64,000 nt of DNA, from assembly GCA_947573445.1 (NCBI GenBank), contig CANPFR010000006.1, positions 14,560 to 78,559 of the forward strand, read 5' to 3'. The notes under the pieces were generated by a model. The model was not told the origin of the DNA and did not search any database. It saw only the letters and a program-made list of their open reading frames with translations. This DNA is from an uncultured Clostridia bacterium. Its GTDB lineage: Bacteria; Bacillota; Clostridia; TANB77; CAG-508. Positions 29,594 to 43,200 of this stretch are shown piece by piece. Position numbers and translations under genes: made by a program. Position 1 is the first letter of the stretch. Each line of letters begins with the position of its first letter.

Positions 29594-30298
29594 TTGGAAG
29601 AGAATCAATTAACACTTCTATTTAATATATCAGATGTTAAACAAATGTCAGAAAACAGTTTAAATGCAAAATTCAAAAAATGCATGGTTTCTGTGGCAAG
29701 TAGAACACTTGATATATTAGGTGGATTAGTGGGATGTGTATGTGTGATACCGATTATGATTGCGGTTATCATTAGTAATATGAGAGATAAGGATTTCGGA
29801 CCAATCTTTTTTACCCAAGAGAGAATTGGGAAAAATGGAAAGCTATTTAAAATGTACAAGTTCAGGACAATGGTAAAAGATGCTGACAAAAAATTAGAAG
29901 AATTATTAGCAACAGATGAAATGGCACGAAAAGAATATCAAAAATATAAAAAATTAAAAAATGATCCAAGAGTCACCAAATTTGGTAAATTTTTAAGGAA
30001 AACAAGTTTAGATGAATTTCCTCAATTTTTCAATGTATTAAAAGGAGAAATGACATTGGTAGGGCCTAGGCCATATCTTCCAAGAGAAAAGGAAGATATG
30101 GGAGAATATTATTCTTACATAATTCAACACAAGCCAGGTGTAACAGGGTATTGGCAAATTACTGGTAGAAATGATGTGACTTTTGAAAATAGAGTGGATA
30201 TTGATTTTAAGTATCATTACAAAAAATCCTTGTCCAATGATATTAAAATTTTGTTGATAACAGTATTAGTAACCATAAAGAGAAAAGGTGCGATGTAA
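29594..30298 (+). CDS. sugar transferase (polyprenyl glycosylphosphotransferase, WbaP/CpsE C-terminal domain type)
   Basis: KFRTM...LDEFPQFFNVLKGEMTLVGPRP is the bacterial sugar transferase signature. TTG start at 29594, or ATG at 29648. Confidence 0.75.
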   Translation: MEENQLTLLFNISDVKQMSENSLNAKFKKCMVSVASRTLDILGGLVGCVCVIPIMIAVIISNMRDKDFGPIFFTQERIGKNGKLFKMYKFRTMVKDADKKLEELLATDEMARKEYQKYKKLKNDPRVTKFGKFLRKTSLDEFPQFFNVLKGEMTLVGPRPYLPREKEDMGEYYSYIIQHKPGVTGYWQITGRNDVTFENRVDIDFKYHYKKSLSNDIKILLITVLVTIKRKGAM

Positions 30299-30315
30299 TA
30301 AATAAGAAAAGGATT

Positions 30316-30364
30316 TGGGCTGAACGATACTCCGAAGAGTAGAGTTCAGCCCAGGTTCTTTTTT
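30316..30364. terminator. bidirectional terminator between sugar transferase and CDF transporter genes
   Basis: Stem GGGCTGAAC / GTTCAGCCC followed by a T-run. Confidence 0.65.
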
Positions 30365-30365
30365 A

Positions 30366-31226
30366 CTATACAGGATTGACATGAATGATGACTTTATTGA
30401 TTTTTTCAAGTGCTACAATATCTTGTTCTAAATGATCGGCGAGGTCATGACTTTCAAAGGTGCTTAGATTTCCATCCACAGAAATTGTCAAAATGACAAC
30501 ATAGTGATACCCAATGGGCGTTGCATATAAATCGCTGACATCTTTGATTTTATCATGCTCTTTGACAAGGGTTAAAATGTGATGTTTGGTTTCTTCATCT
30601 AAGGAAATGTCCATTAAAACATTGTAACTTTCTATTAAAATTGAGAAACCAGAGATAAAAATCCAAATGGAAATTAAAGTTCCAGTGATACCATCAAAAT
30701 AGAAAAATCCTAGTTTTCCAAGTAAAATAGAAAGTAAAGTAAATGTTGTTACAACACAATCGTTTCGGTGGTCTTTGTAAGAAGAGAGTAAAAGAATGCT
30801 ATTATGTTGGTGATAGAGTTTTTTGGTGTAACGGTATAAAGTAAATTTGGTAAGGATGGTAATGATACAAACCAGTACGAGAATCCATGAAAAAGTAAAA
30901 GTTGCTTTGTGAATTAAACTTAGGATAGAATCGATCAATAATTTTAGTGATACAATTAACATTGTAATACTGATAAACAGTGAAAAGATATATTCTGCTT
31001 TCCCATGTCCAAAATTGTGGTTCTGGTCTTCTGGTTCACTGGCGATTTTGTTGCCAATAAAAGTCATAAGAGAAGCCAAAATATCTGATGCACTGTTAAA
31101 ACTGTCAGCAATCATAGATTGGCTATGACTTGCAAAGCCGATTAATCCTTTGATAATTAGCAGAAAAATATTTCCTAAGATTCCTGCAATTCCAGCATTT
31201 TTGATAGATTGAAATTTTTGTTCCAT
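30366..31226 (-). CDS. cation diffusion facilitator (CDF) family transporter
   Basis: The GILGNIFLLIIKGLIGFASHSQSMIADSFNSASD TM1-2 signature, plus a C-terminal cytoplasmic domain. Confidence 0.8.
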   Translation of the reverse strand: MEQKFQSIKNAGIAGILGNIFLLIIKGLIGFASHSQSMIADSFNSASDILASLMTFIGNKIASEPEDQNHNFGHGKAEYIFSLFISITMLIVSLKLLIDSILSLIHKATFTFSWILVLVCIITILTKFTLYRYTKKLYHQHNSILLLSSYKDHRNDCVVTTFTLLSILLGKLGFFYFDGITGTLISIWIFISGFSILIESYNVLMDISLDEETKHHILTLVKEHDKIKDVSDLYATPIGYHYVVILTISVDGNLSTFESHDLADHLEQDIVALEKINKVIIHVNPV

Positions 31227-31363
31227 AAAATTACCTCAATTATTTTTTAAAAGTTTCACTACATTATATGAAAATATCTGATAAAAATCAATAAAAAATG
31301 TTGAAATTTTTTTGATTTACCATTATAATATATAAAATAACGATTTTTAAAAAGGAGACAAAG

Positions 31364-32347
31364 ATGTCATTTATTGAAGAAATAAAACAAAGAGCCAAGC
31401 AGAATCACAAAACGATTGTTTTGCCAGAGGCAATGGATACAAGAATTTTAAAGGCAACAGAGATTATTTTGTCTGAAAAAATATGTGATATTGTGTTAAT
31501 TGGTCAAGAAATGGAAATAAAAAACAAGGCGAGAGAAGAAAACATCAATATTGAAGGGGCTAAGCTAATTGACTCCACAATAGACAGTAGAGCTACAGAA
31601 TATGCTAAATTATTGGCTGAAATAGATAAAACGGTCTCCCTAGAAGAAGCACAGGAATTACTTAAAAATCCAGTCTATTTTGGTATGATGATGGTAAAAG
31701 CTGGAGATTGTGATGGGTTTGTTTCTGGGGCTATGAATACTACTAAAAATATTCTAAAAACAGCAATGCGCATTTTCAAAAAACAAGGAACGAAAATTTT
31801 ATCAACAGCTTTATTGATGCTTGTTCCTAATCAAAAATATGGTTCTAAAGATGGAGTATATATTTTTTCAGATTGTGCATTAAATGAAAATCCAGGTTAT
31901 TTGGCGTTATCTGAAATTGCAATTTCTTCTGCCAAAACATATGAGAAATTTACCAATCAAAAAGCTAAAGTGGCAATGCTTTCTTATGCTACATTAGGGA
32001 GTGCTAAATCCAAATCGACTGAAAAAGTTATTAAAGCAACAGAAAGAGTGAAAGCCAAATGGCCAGAATTGATAATTGATGGTGAAGTACAAATTGATAC
32101 AGCGATTGTGCCAGAAGTAGCAAAAGTAAAAGCACCAGACTCACAGGGAAAAGGCGAAGCGAATGTGTTAATATTTCCAGATATCAATGCTGGGAATATT
32201 GGTTGCAAATTAGTAGAACGATTGGGAAAAGCACAGATGTTTGGACCACTTTGTCAAGGTTTGGAAAAACCAATTAATGATTTGTCCAGAGGATGTTCCG
32301 TGGCAGATATTGTAGGAACTATTTTGATAACAGCGATTCAATCCTAA
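31364..32347 (+). CDS. pta: phosphate acetyltransferase
   Basis: MSFIEEIKQRAKQNHKTIVLPEAMDTRILKA is a Pta N-terminus. Size 327 aa. Confidence 0.9.
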   Translation: MSFIEEIKQRAKQNHKTIVLPEAMDTRILKATEIILSEKICDIVLIGQEMEIKNKAREENINIEGAKLIDSTIDSRATEYAKLLAEIDKTVSLEEAQELLKNPVYFGMMMVKAGDCDGFVSGAMNTTKNILKTAMRIFKKQGTKILSTALLMLVPNQKYGSKDGVYIFSDCALNENPGYLALSEIAISSAKTYEKFTNQKAKVAMLSYATLGSAKSKSTEKVIKATERVKAKWPELIIDGEVQIDTAIVPEVAKVKAPDSQGKGEANVLIFPDINAGNIGCKLVERLGKAQMFGPLCQGLEKPINDLSRGCSVADIVGTILITAIQS

Positions 32348-32366
32348 TAAAAGAAAGGAGAAAAAG

Positions 32367-33542
32367 ATGGAATTAAACAAAAAAAATATGAAAAAAATAA
32401 TCGGTATCATTACATTCGCAATTGTGTTATATTTCCTTTTGCAAAATGTGGGGACTGTTAAACAGGTAATTGGTAATATTCTGGGTATTTTGTCACCTTT
32501 TTTGATTGGAGCAGGTGTTGCTTTTATTTTAAATATTCCGATGAAATTTTTGGAAGGAAAATTATTTAAACCCAAAAAAATGAAAAATGGAAAGGTAAAG
32601 CAAAGTAGATTAAAAAGACCTGTTTCGATTCTACTTTCCATTATTTTGGTTTTATTAATTATCAGTTTTGTTATTAAATTAATCATACCACAAATTATTA
32701 GTGTAATTGTAATGTTTGCAAGTGAGGTGCCATCACTTTTATATGACCTAAAAGACTGGGCCATTGAGATGACAGAACAATATCCAGATATCAGTAATCA
32801 AATAAAGGGAATTGAAATCAATTGGGATAAATTGACCAATGATGCGATTAACTTTATTACTAATATTGCGAGTGGGTTGGTGACATCATCAATAGGGTTT
32901 ATCGTTTCTTTAATTGGAGGAATTTTTGATACTGTTATTTCACTTGTTTTTGCAATTTATATTTTAGGAAGTAAAGAGAAATTAGGAAAGCAATTTGAAA
33001 AAATAGTAAAAGCGTATTTGCCAGAAGACAAGGCAAAATACTTATTGGAAATTGGTTCTTTGTCCAAAAATACTTTTTGCAATTTTATTACAGGACAATG
33101 TATAGAGGCTATGATTTTAGGAATTTTATGTTTTATTGGTATGACGTTATTGAAAATACCATTTGCGGCGACAGTTTCAGTAGTTGTTGGGGTAACGGTT
33201 TTGATTCCAATGATTGGAGCCTTTATTGGAATGGTGGTTGGAGCTGTTTTGATTGTTTCTATTTCACCAATAAAAGCACTTGTTTTTGTCATTTTTATAT
33301 TGATTTTGCAACAAATTGAAAACAATGCGATTTATCCAAAAGTTGTGGGCGATTCAGTTGGACTTCCAGGTATGTGGGTATTAGTAGCAGTTGTTGTAGG
33401 TGGTAGTTTGGGAGGTGCTTTAGGTTTATTATTAGGACTTCCAACAGTTTCTGTTTTATATAGTATCTTTAGGAATGATGTCAATCAGCGATTGGAAAAA
33501 AAGAAAAATCTGACAGATAGGAAAAAAAGTGATGTCTTATAA
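32367..33542 (+). CDS. AI-2E family transporter (PerM-like)
   Basis: Eight TM segments. NAIYPKVVGDSVGLPGMWVLVAVVVGGSLGG is the conserved AI-2E motif. Confidence 0.8.
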   Translation: MELNKKNMKKIIGIITFAIVLYFLLQNVGTVKQVIGNILGILSPFLIGAGVAFILNIPMKFLEGKLFKPKKMKNGKVKQSRLKRPVSILLSIILVLLIISFVIKLIIPQIISVIVMFASEVPSLLYDLKDWAIEMTEQYPDISNQIKGIEINWDKLTNDAINFITNIASGLVTSSIGFIVSLIGGIFDTVISLVFAIYILGSKEKLGKQFEKIVKAYLPEDKAKYLLEIGSLSKNTFCNFITGQCIEAMILGILCFIGMTLLKIPFAATVSVVVGVTVLIPMIGAFIGMVVGAVLIVSISPIKALVFVIFILILQQIENNAIYPKVVGDSVGLPGMWVLVAVVVGGSLGGALGLLLGLPTVSVLYSIFRNDVNQRLEKKKNLTDRKKSDVL

Positions 33543-33569
33543 TTCAATAGGAATGCAGTTATTATAATA

Positions 33570-33606
33570 GAAAGCCCATATAACATGGGCTTTCTAAGAT
33601 TTTTTA
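33570..33606. terminator. bidirectional terminator
   Basis: Stem GAAAGCCCAT / ATGGGCTTTC followed by a T-run. Confidence 0.65.
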
Positions 33607-33616
33607 GCTCAAAGAG

Positions 33617-34033
33617 TTATTTTTCGCACTCGCAACCTTCCTCGATTGATTCGAAGTGACTATCACAACATAAATCAACCCCTTTTAGACATTTTCCTTC
33701 TTTTTTGCAATGTTTGCAAATTTTTACGTGTTCTACACGGTTTGCCCAAATATCAATTGCATATTTTTTATCAGCACAAAGAGGGCCAAAAACAAATTCA
33801 CCTTCTTTGTTTGTAAAACTATGAGAAACTGGTTTTCTACCATGTTTTGTTACTTCTATTAATTTTACAACAGCATCTCTAACAGGCTCATTGCAAGAGT
33901 CTTTTACAACACCAAAAATAACATTTCTATGGTCTTCTTCCAAGTTTATTTCTAAATCAAATTGTTTTCCGGTCTCAATGAAACCGTCAATGTCAATCAT
34001 GTGTTTTTTTTCAAAATCAAAATCCATTTCCAT
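33617..34033 (-). CDS. small Cys-rich hypothetical protein (beta-sandwich-like N-terminus, CxxC-rich tail)
   Basis: DAVVKLIE...TNKEGEFVFGPL resembles a carboxypeptidase-regulatory-like fold. The C-terminus CKHCKKEGKCLKGVDLCCDSHFESIEEGCECEK carries 9 Cys. Divergent from the giant gene. Confidence 0.4.
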   Translation of the reverse strand: MEMDFDFEKKHMIDIDGFIETGKQFDLEINLEEDHRNVIFGVVKDSCNEPVRDAVVKLIEVTKHGRKPVSHSFTNKEGEFVFGPLCADKKYAIDIWANRVEHVKICKHCKKEGKCLKGVDLCCDSHFESIEEGCECEK

Positions 34034-34173
34034 ATTAATCCATCCTTTTTTAAAATTTGGGATATATCCCTTACTTTAATATTATGTAAAATCATCTAAA
34101 AATGAGACACTTTTTTCCAAAAAATGACAGAATTTCCAAATATTACAAATTCATTACTTTTTCAGAAAATGTA

Positions 34174-34203
34174 TTGACAGAATCATCCATTTTTTAATAT
34201 AAT
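34174..34203 (+). promoter_or_regulatory. sigma-A type promoter of giant surface protein gene
   Basis: TTGACA, 18 nt, TATAAT. RBS AGGGGAGGA precedes ATG 34264. Confidence 0.55.
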
Positions 34204-34263
34204 AAAGTCGATTGTTAACATTAACTGATGTTACATATTTTAAAGAAAAAAGGGGAGGAAAAA

Positions 34264-37200
34264 ATGAGAAAGAGAAATCCAGATAACATAGTTTCTAAGC
34301 CTACAAGAAGCCAGCATCGGCATAACATTAGCGGTTCTCATTATTACAATTATCATCATGTTAATTCTTGCAGGAGTAACAGCTTCGATTTTAATTAATA
34401 CGGGTCTTTTGAAAAATACAAAAGATGCGGTGCAATCTTATGAAAAATCAGAAGTAGAAGAAAAGTTAAGTGTAGCATTTGCAGCAGCATTTTCCAAGAG
34501 TGCTTTAAAAGGGGAAGATGTTACAGCTGAAAGTTTACAAGAAGAACTTGATAAAATCGGAATAGACGCAATTGTCTGGCCAGATGACGAAGATGAAAAT
34601 ATTTTACATATCCAAATTGGTGATAAAGACGGTGAATATACCGTTGACATCAATACAGGAACGATAACAGATGGCAAGAAAGATCCAGACAATCCAGAAC
34701 AGCCAACAGTAGATAATAAAGCACCAGTTATTACATTAGCAAGTAATCGAAACACAAATTGGTCACAAACAGCTAGTGTAAATGTATCAATTGTTGATAG
34801 TGGAAGTGGACTAGCCACAGGGGCAAGCATCAAATATGGATGGAGTACAAGTGCAACAACAGCACCAACAGATTATCAAATAGCTGATATCAGTACTTAT
34901 TCAGAAGGAAGTAAAAATGCATCTTTTACAGCTACTTCAGCTGGATTAACAGGAAAATATTATTTGTGGGTTGTACCAGAAACCTTAAAAGACGTAGCAG
35001 GAAATAGTCAAAAAGAGAAAAGAATTTCAACAGGAACTTTTTACTTAGATAACACAAAACCAGTTGTAATATCAGTAACAACCACTTCAAGCGATATCAT
35101 ATTAAGTGCAACAGATGAAATTGGAATTACAGGATATGCTGTAACCACAACCAATACAGCACCAGATTTAGCACAAACAGGAGGTATCGAAGGGAAAGAT
35201 GGTGTAGATAAATGGATTAGTTGTAGTAGTGTAACAGCCATTAATAATAAAAAATTAACTGGCTATGAACAAGGGACAACCTATTATGTATGGACACGAG
35301 ATGCAGCAGGAAATATTAGTTCAAGTAAGAGTGGTGAAACAGGAACTGGCACTATTACGAAACCGACAGAAGAAGATTTGAAATATACGGTAACATGGTC
35401 TAACACAGAACCAAAAGCAACTGTAAGCTTTACAACAACATCAGAATTCACAATTCAAATTAGTACAGATGGTGGGGCAACCTGGAAACAATATGAAAAT
35501 GATGCAATAACAGTAAATTCAGGAGAAGCAATTTATGTAAAATACGCAAAAGACAATACACATGGTGATCAATACATTGTTATAACACCAATCTTAGAAT
35601 ATACAATTGTTTATAATGGTAATGGGGAAACAACAGGAAGTACAGAAAATAGCTTACATCGTTACAATGAGGAAAAAGTATTAACCAGAAATGGATATAG
35701 TAAAACAGGTCATACATTCCAAAACTGGAACACAAAACAAGATGGAACAGGAATTTCTTATGAAGATGGTGCAAAAGTAAATAATTTAGCTCAAGTAAAT
35801 GGAGCAACGGTAACACTATATGCACAGTGGAAAGAAGTTCCAAATCCAAATACACCATATCGTGTAGAACATTATCAAATGGATTTGGATGGAAATTATC
35901 CAACCACGCCAACGGAAACAGAGAACAAGGCAGGAACTTCTAATACAGTAGCATCATCGAACAGTAAAAATTATACAGGCTTTACAGAAAATGAAGCAAA
36001 ACGAGAAAATGTAGGTGCTAACATTGCAGCAGATGGAAGTTTAGTAATTAAATATTATTATGCAAGAAACAAATATGAGTATACAGTTGAGACTGTAGAA
36101 GGTGTAACATCCACTGCTGAAAATACACCTTCTGGTACTTATTATTATGGAACAACTATAAAATTAAGAGCAACTTTAAATGATGGATATACATGGAGTA
36201 GTTGGGCCAGTAGCAATACCAGTTTGGTAGAAAATAAATCGCAAATTAATGCAAGCTTTACAATGCCAGCTGGAGCTATCACTATGACACCAAATGCCTC
36301 TCGAATGGAATACACAATAACGTATCATTTAGATGGAGGTACTTTGCCAGAAGGTAAAGAAAACCCAACTGTTTATACAGTTACTACTGCAGAAATTACT
36401 TTAACCAATCCAACCAGAAATGGCTATACATTTCTGGGTTGGACAGGAAGTAATGGACAAACGCCTCAAACAACAGTTAAAATTGCACCAGGAAGCACAG
36501 GAAACAGAACCTATACTGCCAATTGGCAGCCAGATAAACAAGCAATCAAAGTAGGGGATTTAGAGATTTATCAAGTCTATGGAGATGGGATTTATCGAGA
36601 TGAGGACTGCACAGAAAAAATGACAACAACTGAAAATCCAATCCAGCCATTACCAACTAAAGATGGGTATGAATTTGGTGGTTATTATACTGAAGAAAAC
36701 GGTGGCGGTACCCAAATGATTGATGAAAATGGCTATAAAACAACAGAATTTACCCCAACAACCAATCTTGAGAATTTGGAACTTTATCCACACTGGATTA
36801 AAAGAGGGGATGTAACCTACAAAATAGAACATTACAAAATGGGGACAAATGGAAGTTATCCAGAAAAAGCAACTGAAACGGAAAATCGTACAGGAACAAC
36901 AGGAGAAACTGCTGAATCAGCCCCAAAAACGTATGAAGGTTTTACAGAAAATGAAGCCAAAAGAGAGCAAGTAGGGGCTGCTATCATAGCAGATGGCAGT
37001 TTAGTGATTAAATATTATTACGAAAGAAATAAATATGATTTTATTTTACAAACACCTGATGAAGGTGCCCTAATAACAGGATGTTCAGCAACAGGTAAAT
37101 ATTATTATGAAGCAGATATTAACTTAGCCATAGCACCAGAAACAGGATACGAATTTACTGGTTGGATGAGTAGTAATCCTGATTTGGTGGGGCATATAAC

Positions 37201-40200
37201 TACTAATACAGGAACGTTCAAGATGCCAGCTGGGTCAATCACCATGACAGCGAAGATTGCACCAATTGAATATAAAATTGAATACGATTTGGCGGGTGGT
37301 AGTTTATCAGAAGGAGTAATCAATCCAACTAGTTATACTGTAACAACAACCGATATTTCGTTAAGCAATCCAATTAGACCAGGCTATACATTCCTTGGGT
37401 GGACAGGACATAATGGAGAAACACCAGAAACAACAGTTATTATTTCACAAGGAAGTACAGGAAATAGAAAATATATAGCTAATTGGCAAGCCAAAACTTA
37501 CCAAATTGAATATGATTTAGCAGGTGGAAGGTTACCAGAAGGAGTAACAAATCCAACAACTTATACAACAATAACAGGAGAAATTACATTAAATAATCCA
37601 ATCAAAACAGGTTATACCTTTTTAGGTTGGACAGGAAGCAATGGAACAGTACCAGAAACAACGGTTAAGATTTTGCCAGGAAGTACAGAGGATAGAAAAT
37701 ATACAGCCAACTGGCAAGCAGAAACATATGCAATAAAGGTAGGGGATTTAACAATCTATCAAATCTATGGAGAAGGGATTTATCGAGATGAAACATGTAC
37801 AGAAAAAATGACAACAACTGAAAATCCAATCGAAGTGCCAACCAGAGATGGTTATGAATTTGGTGGTTACTACACCGAAGAAAATGGCCAAGGTAGCCAA
37901 ATGATTAACGAAAATGGTTATAAAACAACAGAATTTACCCCAACAACTAACTTGGAAAATCTAGAGTTATATCCACACTGGATTAAAAGAGGAGATGTAA
38001 CTTATAAGGTAGAACATTACAAAATGGGATTAAATGGACTTTATCCAGAAACAGCAACAGAGACAGAAAATAAAACAGGAACCACAGGGGAAACAGCAAC
38101 TTCTACTCCAAAAGGATATGAAGGATTTACGGAAGATACAAGTCGTAGAGAACATGTTGATGAACCTATTATAGCAGATGGAAGTTTGGTGATTAAGTAT
38201 TATTATGAAAGAAATAAATACAAATTTACAGCAGAAAGTTCAGAAGGGGTAATAACGACCTCAACAACAGAAGATGGAACTTATTATTATCAAGCTGATA
38301 TCAACTTAAGTGCTGGAGCAGAAACAGGGTATCGTTTCACAGATTGGAGTAGTAGTAATCCAGATTTAGTACCGAATATCACAACTGCCAATACTACTTT
38401 TATGATGCCAGCTGGAGATATTACTATGACAGCAAATGCTTCAATTATAGAATATCAGATAACCTATGATTTAGTAGGTGGAACATTGACAAAAGAAAAC
38501 CCAGCCACATATAATGTTAAAACGAAAACGTTTACTTTAAATAATCCTACCAAACAAGGTTATCATTTCCTAGGTTGGACTCAAAATAAGGAAGAAGAAC
38601 CAACAGCTGAAGTCACTATTTCACAGGGAAGTACAGGTAACAAGACCTATACAGCAAACTGGGAAGTCATATCTTACGAAATTAAGTATGAGGGAATAGA
38701 GGGAGCTTCTTTCCCAAATGGAAATAATCCAACGAGTTATACGATAAATACAACAGATATTACCTTAAAAGCTCCAGCAAAACCAGGTTATCGATTTACT
38801 GGTTGGACAGGTAGCAATGGTACAACAGGACAAGTCAATGTAACCATTTCACAGGGAAGTACAGGTGACAAGACCTACACAGCCAACTGGGAAGAAGAAA
38901 CGTATAACATTAATTATGAGTTAAATGGAGGAACATTGCCAGATAATGCACCAAATGCTTATACTGTTACATCAGAAGAAATTATCTTACTTAATCCAAC
39001 CAAAGTGGGATACACTTTTACTGGTTGGACAGGTAGCAATGGTACGACCCCACAAGAAGAAGTAAGAATTTCACAAGGAAGCACAGGTCATAAAACATAC
39101 ACAGCTAATTGGCAAGTGAATGGATATACTTTTACATTAGGAAGTACAACAGGAGTATCAACCGAAGGAAGTACACGGCACAGGTACATATACTTATGGT
39201 ACACAAATTAATGTAAAAGCAACAGTAAGTCCAGGTTATACTTGGAATGAATGGGAAAGTAGTAATCCAGATAAAGTAGGAAATTCGCAAGATTTAGAGT
39301 ATACGTTTACCATGCCAGATTGTGCTATTACAATGGTGCCAAAGGTAATATCCAACCAATATACAATTACGTTAGACAACCAAGGGGCAACAACAGCAGG
39401 AACTGGTAAAATATATGAAAAATTCAATACAGGTATTTATTTAGACCAAGAAAATGCGAAAGAAATGACTGCTACAGAAAATGCAATCACAATACCAACG
39501 AGAGAAGGTTATACTTTTGGAGGATATTATACAGAAAAAGCTGGAGCAGGAATCCAGAGGATCAATGCTGATGGATATAAAGTAACAACCTTTTTACCAA
39601 CAGAATATACAGCAGATGCAACATTATTTGCACAATGGTTACCAGATGGAGCTACCAAATATAAAGTGGAACATTACCAAATGGATTTAAGTGGAGCTTA
39701 TCCAGAAACGGCAACAGAAACGGAAAATAAGACAGGAACTACAGGAGAGAAGGCTGAATCAGTAGCTAAAAGGTATCCAGGATTTAGTGAAGAAGAAGAA
39801 AGAAGAGAAAATGTAGGAGCAGAGATTTTAGCAGATGGAAGTTTGGTGATTAAATATTATTATGCAAGAAATCAATATCAATATATATTAGGAAATGCAG
39901 AAGGAATTAAAACAACAGAAGGAAGCTCAGAGTCAGGAAGTTACTATTATGGAGCAACGATTTCATTAAGTGCAATCGTGGATACTGGTTACAGATGGAG
40001 TAAATGGACCAGTAGTGATGTAACTTTACTACAAGATATTTTAACACCAACAGCTACTTTTACGATGCCAGCAGGCGATGTTACAATGACACCAACCGTT
40101 ACAGCGAATGAATATAGCTTTACTTTAGGGTCTGCTGTAGGGGTATCTACAAAAGATAGTTCGCAATCAGGAAATTATCCATATGGAGCAACGATTACAT

Positions 40201-43200
40201 TAAAAGCGACACCATTAGAAGGTTATACTTGGAAAGGATGGATTAGTAGTGATACTAATTTAACAGGAAATATAGAAACACAAGAGGCTACCTTTACAAT
40301 GCCAGCAGGCGATGTTACAATGACACCAACGGTACAAGGAAATGCCTATACGGTTAATTACTACAATGGAGAAGCAAGTTTAGGGTCTTCTGTTCATACC
40401 TATGGAACTACTCAGAATTTGAAAACTATAACAGAATTAAATGGAATGCAAGATGGATTTGAATTTTATGGATGGGCGATAGATGGTTCAACGACTAGAG
40501 CATATACAAATGGTGAAAGTGTTAATAATTTGGTAACAGAAGCAGAAGGAACTATCAATTTATATGCTATTTGGAAACGAGATGTAGTCTTTTATTCAGG
40601 AGCCAATGGAGCTAATCGAGAAACAGTAGCACAGTATTATAACCCAAAAGAGGCAACGTATTTGACAACTGCTCCAACAGCGATTTCAACGTTAGATGGC
40701 TGGCAAAGCTTAGGTTGGAGATCAGATGATGTGGCAGGTGACAAAGAAATAGAAACTGGAAAAACAACCAATTCAAATGCAACGGAATTTTATGCAGTTT
40801 ATAGTAGGGAAGCTAATTTCTATTCTGGAATTAATAAAGCAGTAGTACAAAAAGCGACGCAATATTATAGTGCAAGCAATCGATATCAAGTAGTAACACC
40901 AACGGAGCCAACAGAAATTGCTTCTTGGACGATAACAGGTTGGCGTGATGATACAACGGCAGGACAGTCAGAAATAGCAACAGGCTCTACAATTGATTCA
41001 AGTGTAAAGGAATTTTATGCAGTATATCAAAGAACATTGACAATTCAATATGATGCAAATGGAGGAGAAGGAGAGGTTCCAAACCAAGACAGTATACAAT
41101 ATTACAATACCAATGGAGCCATAACAAGCCCAGTTTTTGCTTTACGTACAAATCAATTTGCTTATACAGGCTATAACTTTGTTGCTTGGACAGAGGCACC
41201 TAATACAGGAACTCAATATTTGCCAAATGCAAACTTTACATTTGCAAATCCAGTGGGAACACAGAATACGAGTAAGACATTTTATGCAAAATGGAGTACA
41301 GGTGAATATGAGATAACTTATGTATTAAATGGAGGTGCTCTTCCACAAGGAGAAAACAACCCAAGCAAGTATAGTATAACATCGGATGATATTAGATTAA
41401 ATAATCCAGTAAAACAAGGATATACTTTCACTGGTTGGACAGGAAGCAATGGGGCAACACCACAAAAAGAGGTAGTCATTCCTCAAGGAAGTACAGGAAA
41501 TAAAACTTATACAGCAAATTGGGAAGCTAATGTTTATGAAATTACGTTAAATACCCAAGATGCAAAAGAGTCAGGTACAACACACTTATATGAGAAATAT
41601 GGAGAAGGTGTTTCTTTAACAGAAGATTGTGCTAAATTTGTGAGTACAATTACCATTCCAACCTATGATGGATATCGATTTGGAGGTTATTATTCAAAAC
41701 AAAACGGGGAAGGAACTCAAATGATTGATGCAACAGGAAAAATCACTTTTTCAGCAACAGCCTTTCTAGAAGATACTACCTTATTTGCTAATAAATTACC
41801 AGCAGATGGAATTGGTTATACAGTAGAACATTATTTAATGGATACAAATGGTAATTACCCAAATGAAGCGTCATATATAGAAGAAAAAACAGGAACAACT
41901 GGAGAGGTAGCAATTTCGAGTGCTCGACAAGACGAAGGATTTGAATTAGCAGAGAGTAATAATGTAGGAGCTAAAGTTTTGGGAGATGGAAGTTTAGTTA
42001 TTACATATAAGTATTCGAGAAATCAATATGAATATACACTACAGCCTGTAGTAGGAGTAGATACGAGTAAAGGAACACAGTCAGGAACGTATTATTATGG
42101 ACAAACGATAAATTTGAAGGCAATTGTAGAAAGTGGATATAGATGGAGTAATTGGACAAGTAATGATACAACATTAAACACATCTGAACAAGAAACCAGT
42201 TTTGTAATGCCAGCAAAAGATATTATTATGACGCCAAATATAATATTAACTTCGTATAATATAACTTATGATTTGACAGGAGGTCAGTTACCAGCAGGAA
42301 CGACAAATCCAAGTACTTATACAATAGTATCTAGTGAAATTACGCTAAAAAATCCTGTAAAAGAAGGATATACCTTCATAGGATGGACAGGATCAAATGG
42401 AACAGAACCGCAGACCACGGTTAGGATTCCAAAAGGTAGTACTGGAAGTAAGCAATATACAGCAAATTGGAGAGAAGTTACGTATAACATAGAATACGAC
42501 TTAGATGGAGGCCAATTGCCAAATGGAGTAACCAATCCAACATCATATACAATACAATCTGAAGCAATTACATTAAATAATCCAACTAAAACAGGTTATA
42601 CATTTATAGGATGGACAGGAGCAAATGGAATAGAACCACAGACTACTGTTACAATACAAAAAGGAAGTATGGGAGACAAAACTTATAAAGCTAATTATTT
42701 AGATGCTACTGCACCAACAATCACATTAGGAACAAATGGAAATACAACTTGGTCGAAAACAGCAAGTGTAACGGTAACATTAGCAGACAATATAAGTGGT
42801 TTGGCAACAGGTGCTGAAATACAATATGGATGGAGTCTAAGTAATGAAGAAGAACCTTCAACGTATACAACTGCTAATATAAATAGTTATTCATCAGGTG
42901 CCAAAAGTGCAACCTTTATAGCGACAGCTAGTGGCTTAACAGGAAAATATTATTTATGGATAAAACCAAAAATTTTAAAAGATGTTGTAGGAAATACACA
43001 AACCCAGTTACAGAAATCGACTTCAACTTTCTATTTTGATAATACACCTCCAGATGCAACATTTAGTACGAGTGATGGAAATTATATGATAGAGACAACT
43101 TCAAGTATAGCGTCAATTTCTACGAAAGTTACAGTAACTGATGCAGGAGGAAGTGGCGTATTGGCTAGTTCATTAGGATATGCATGGACTAATAGTAATA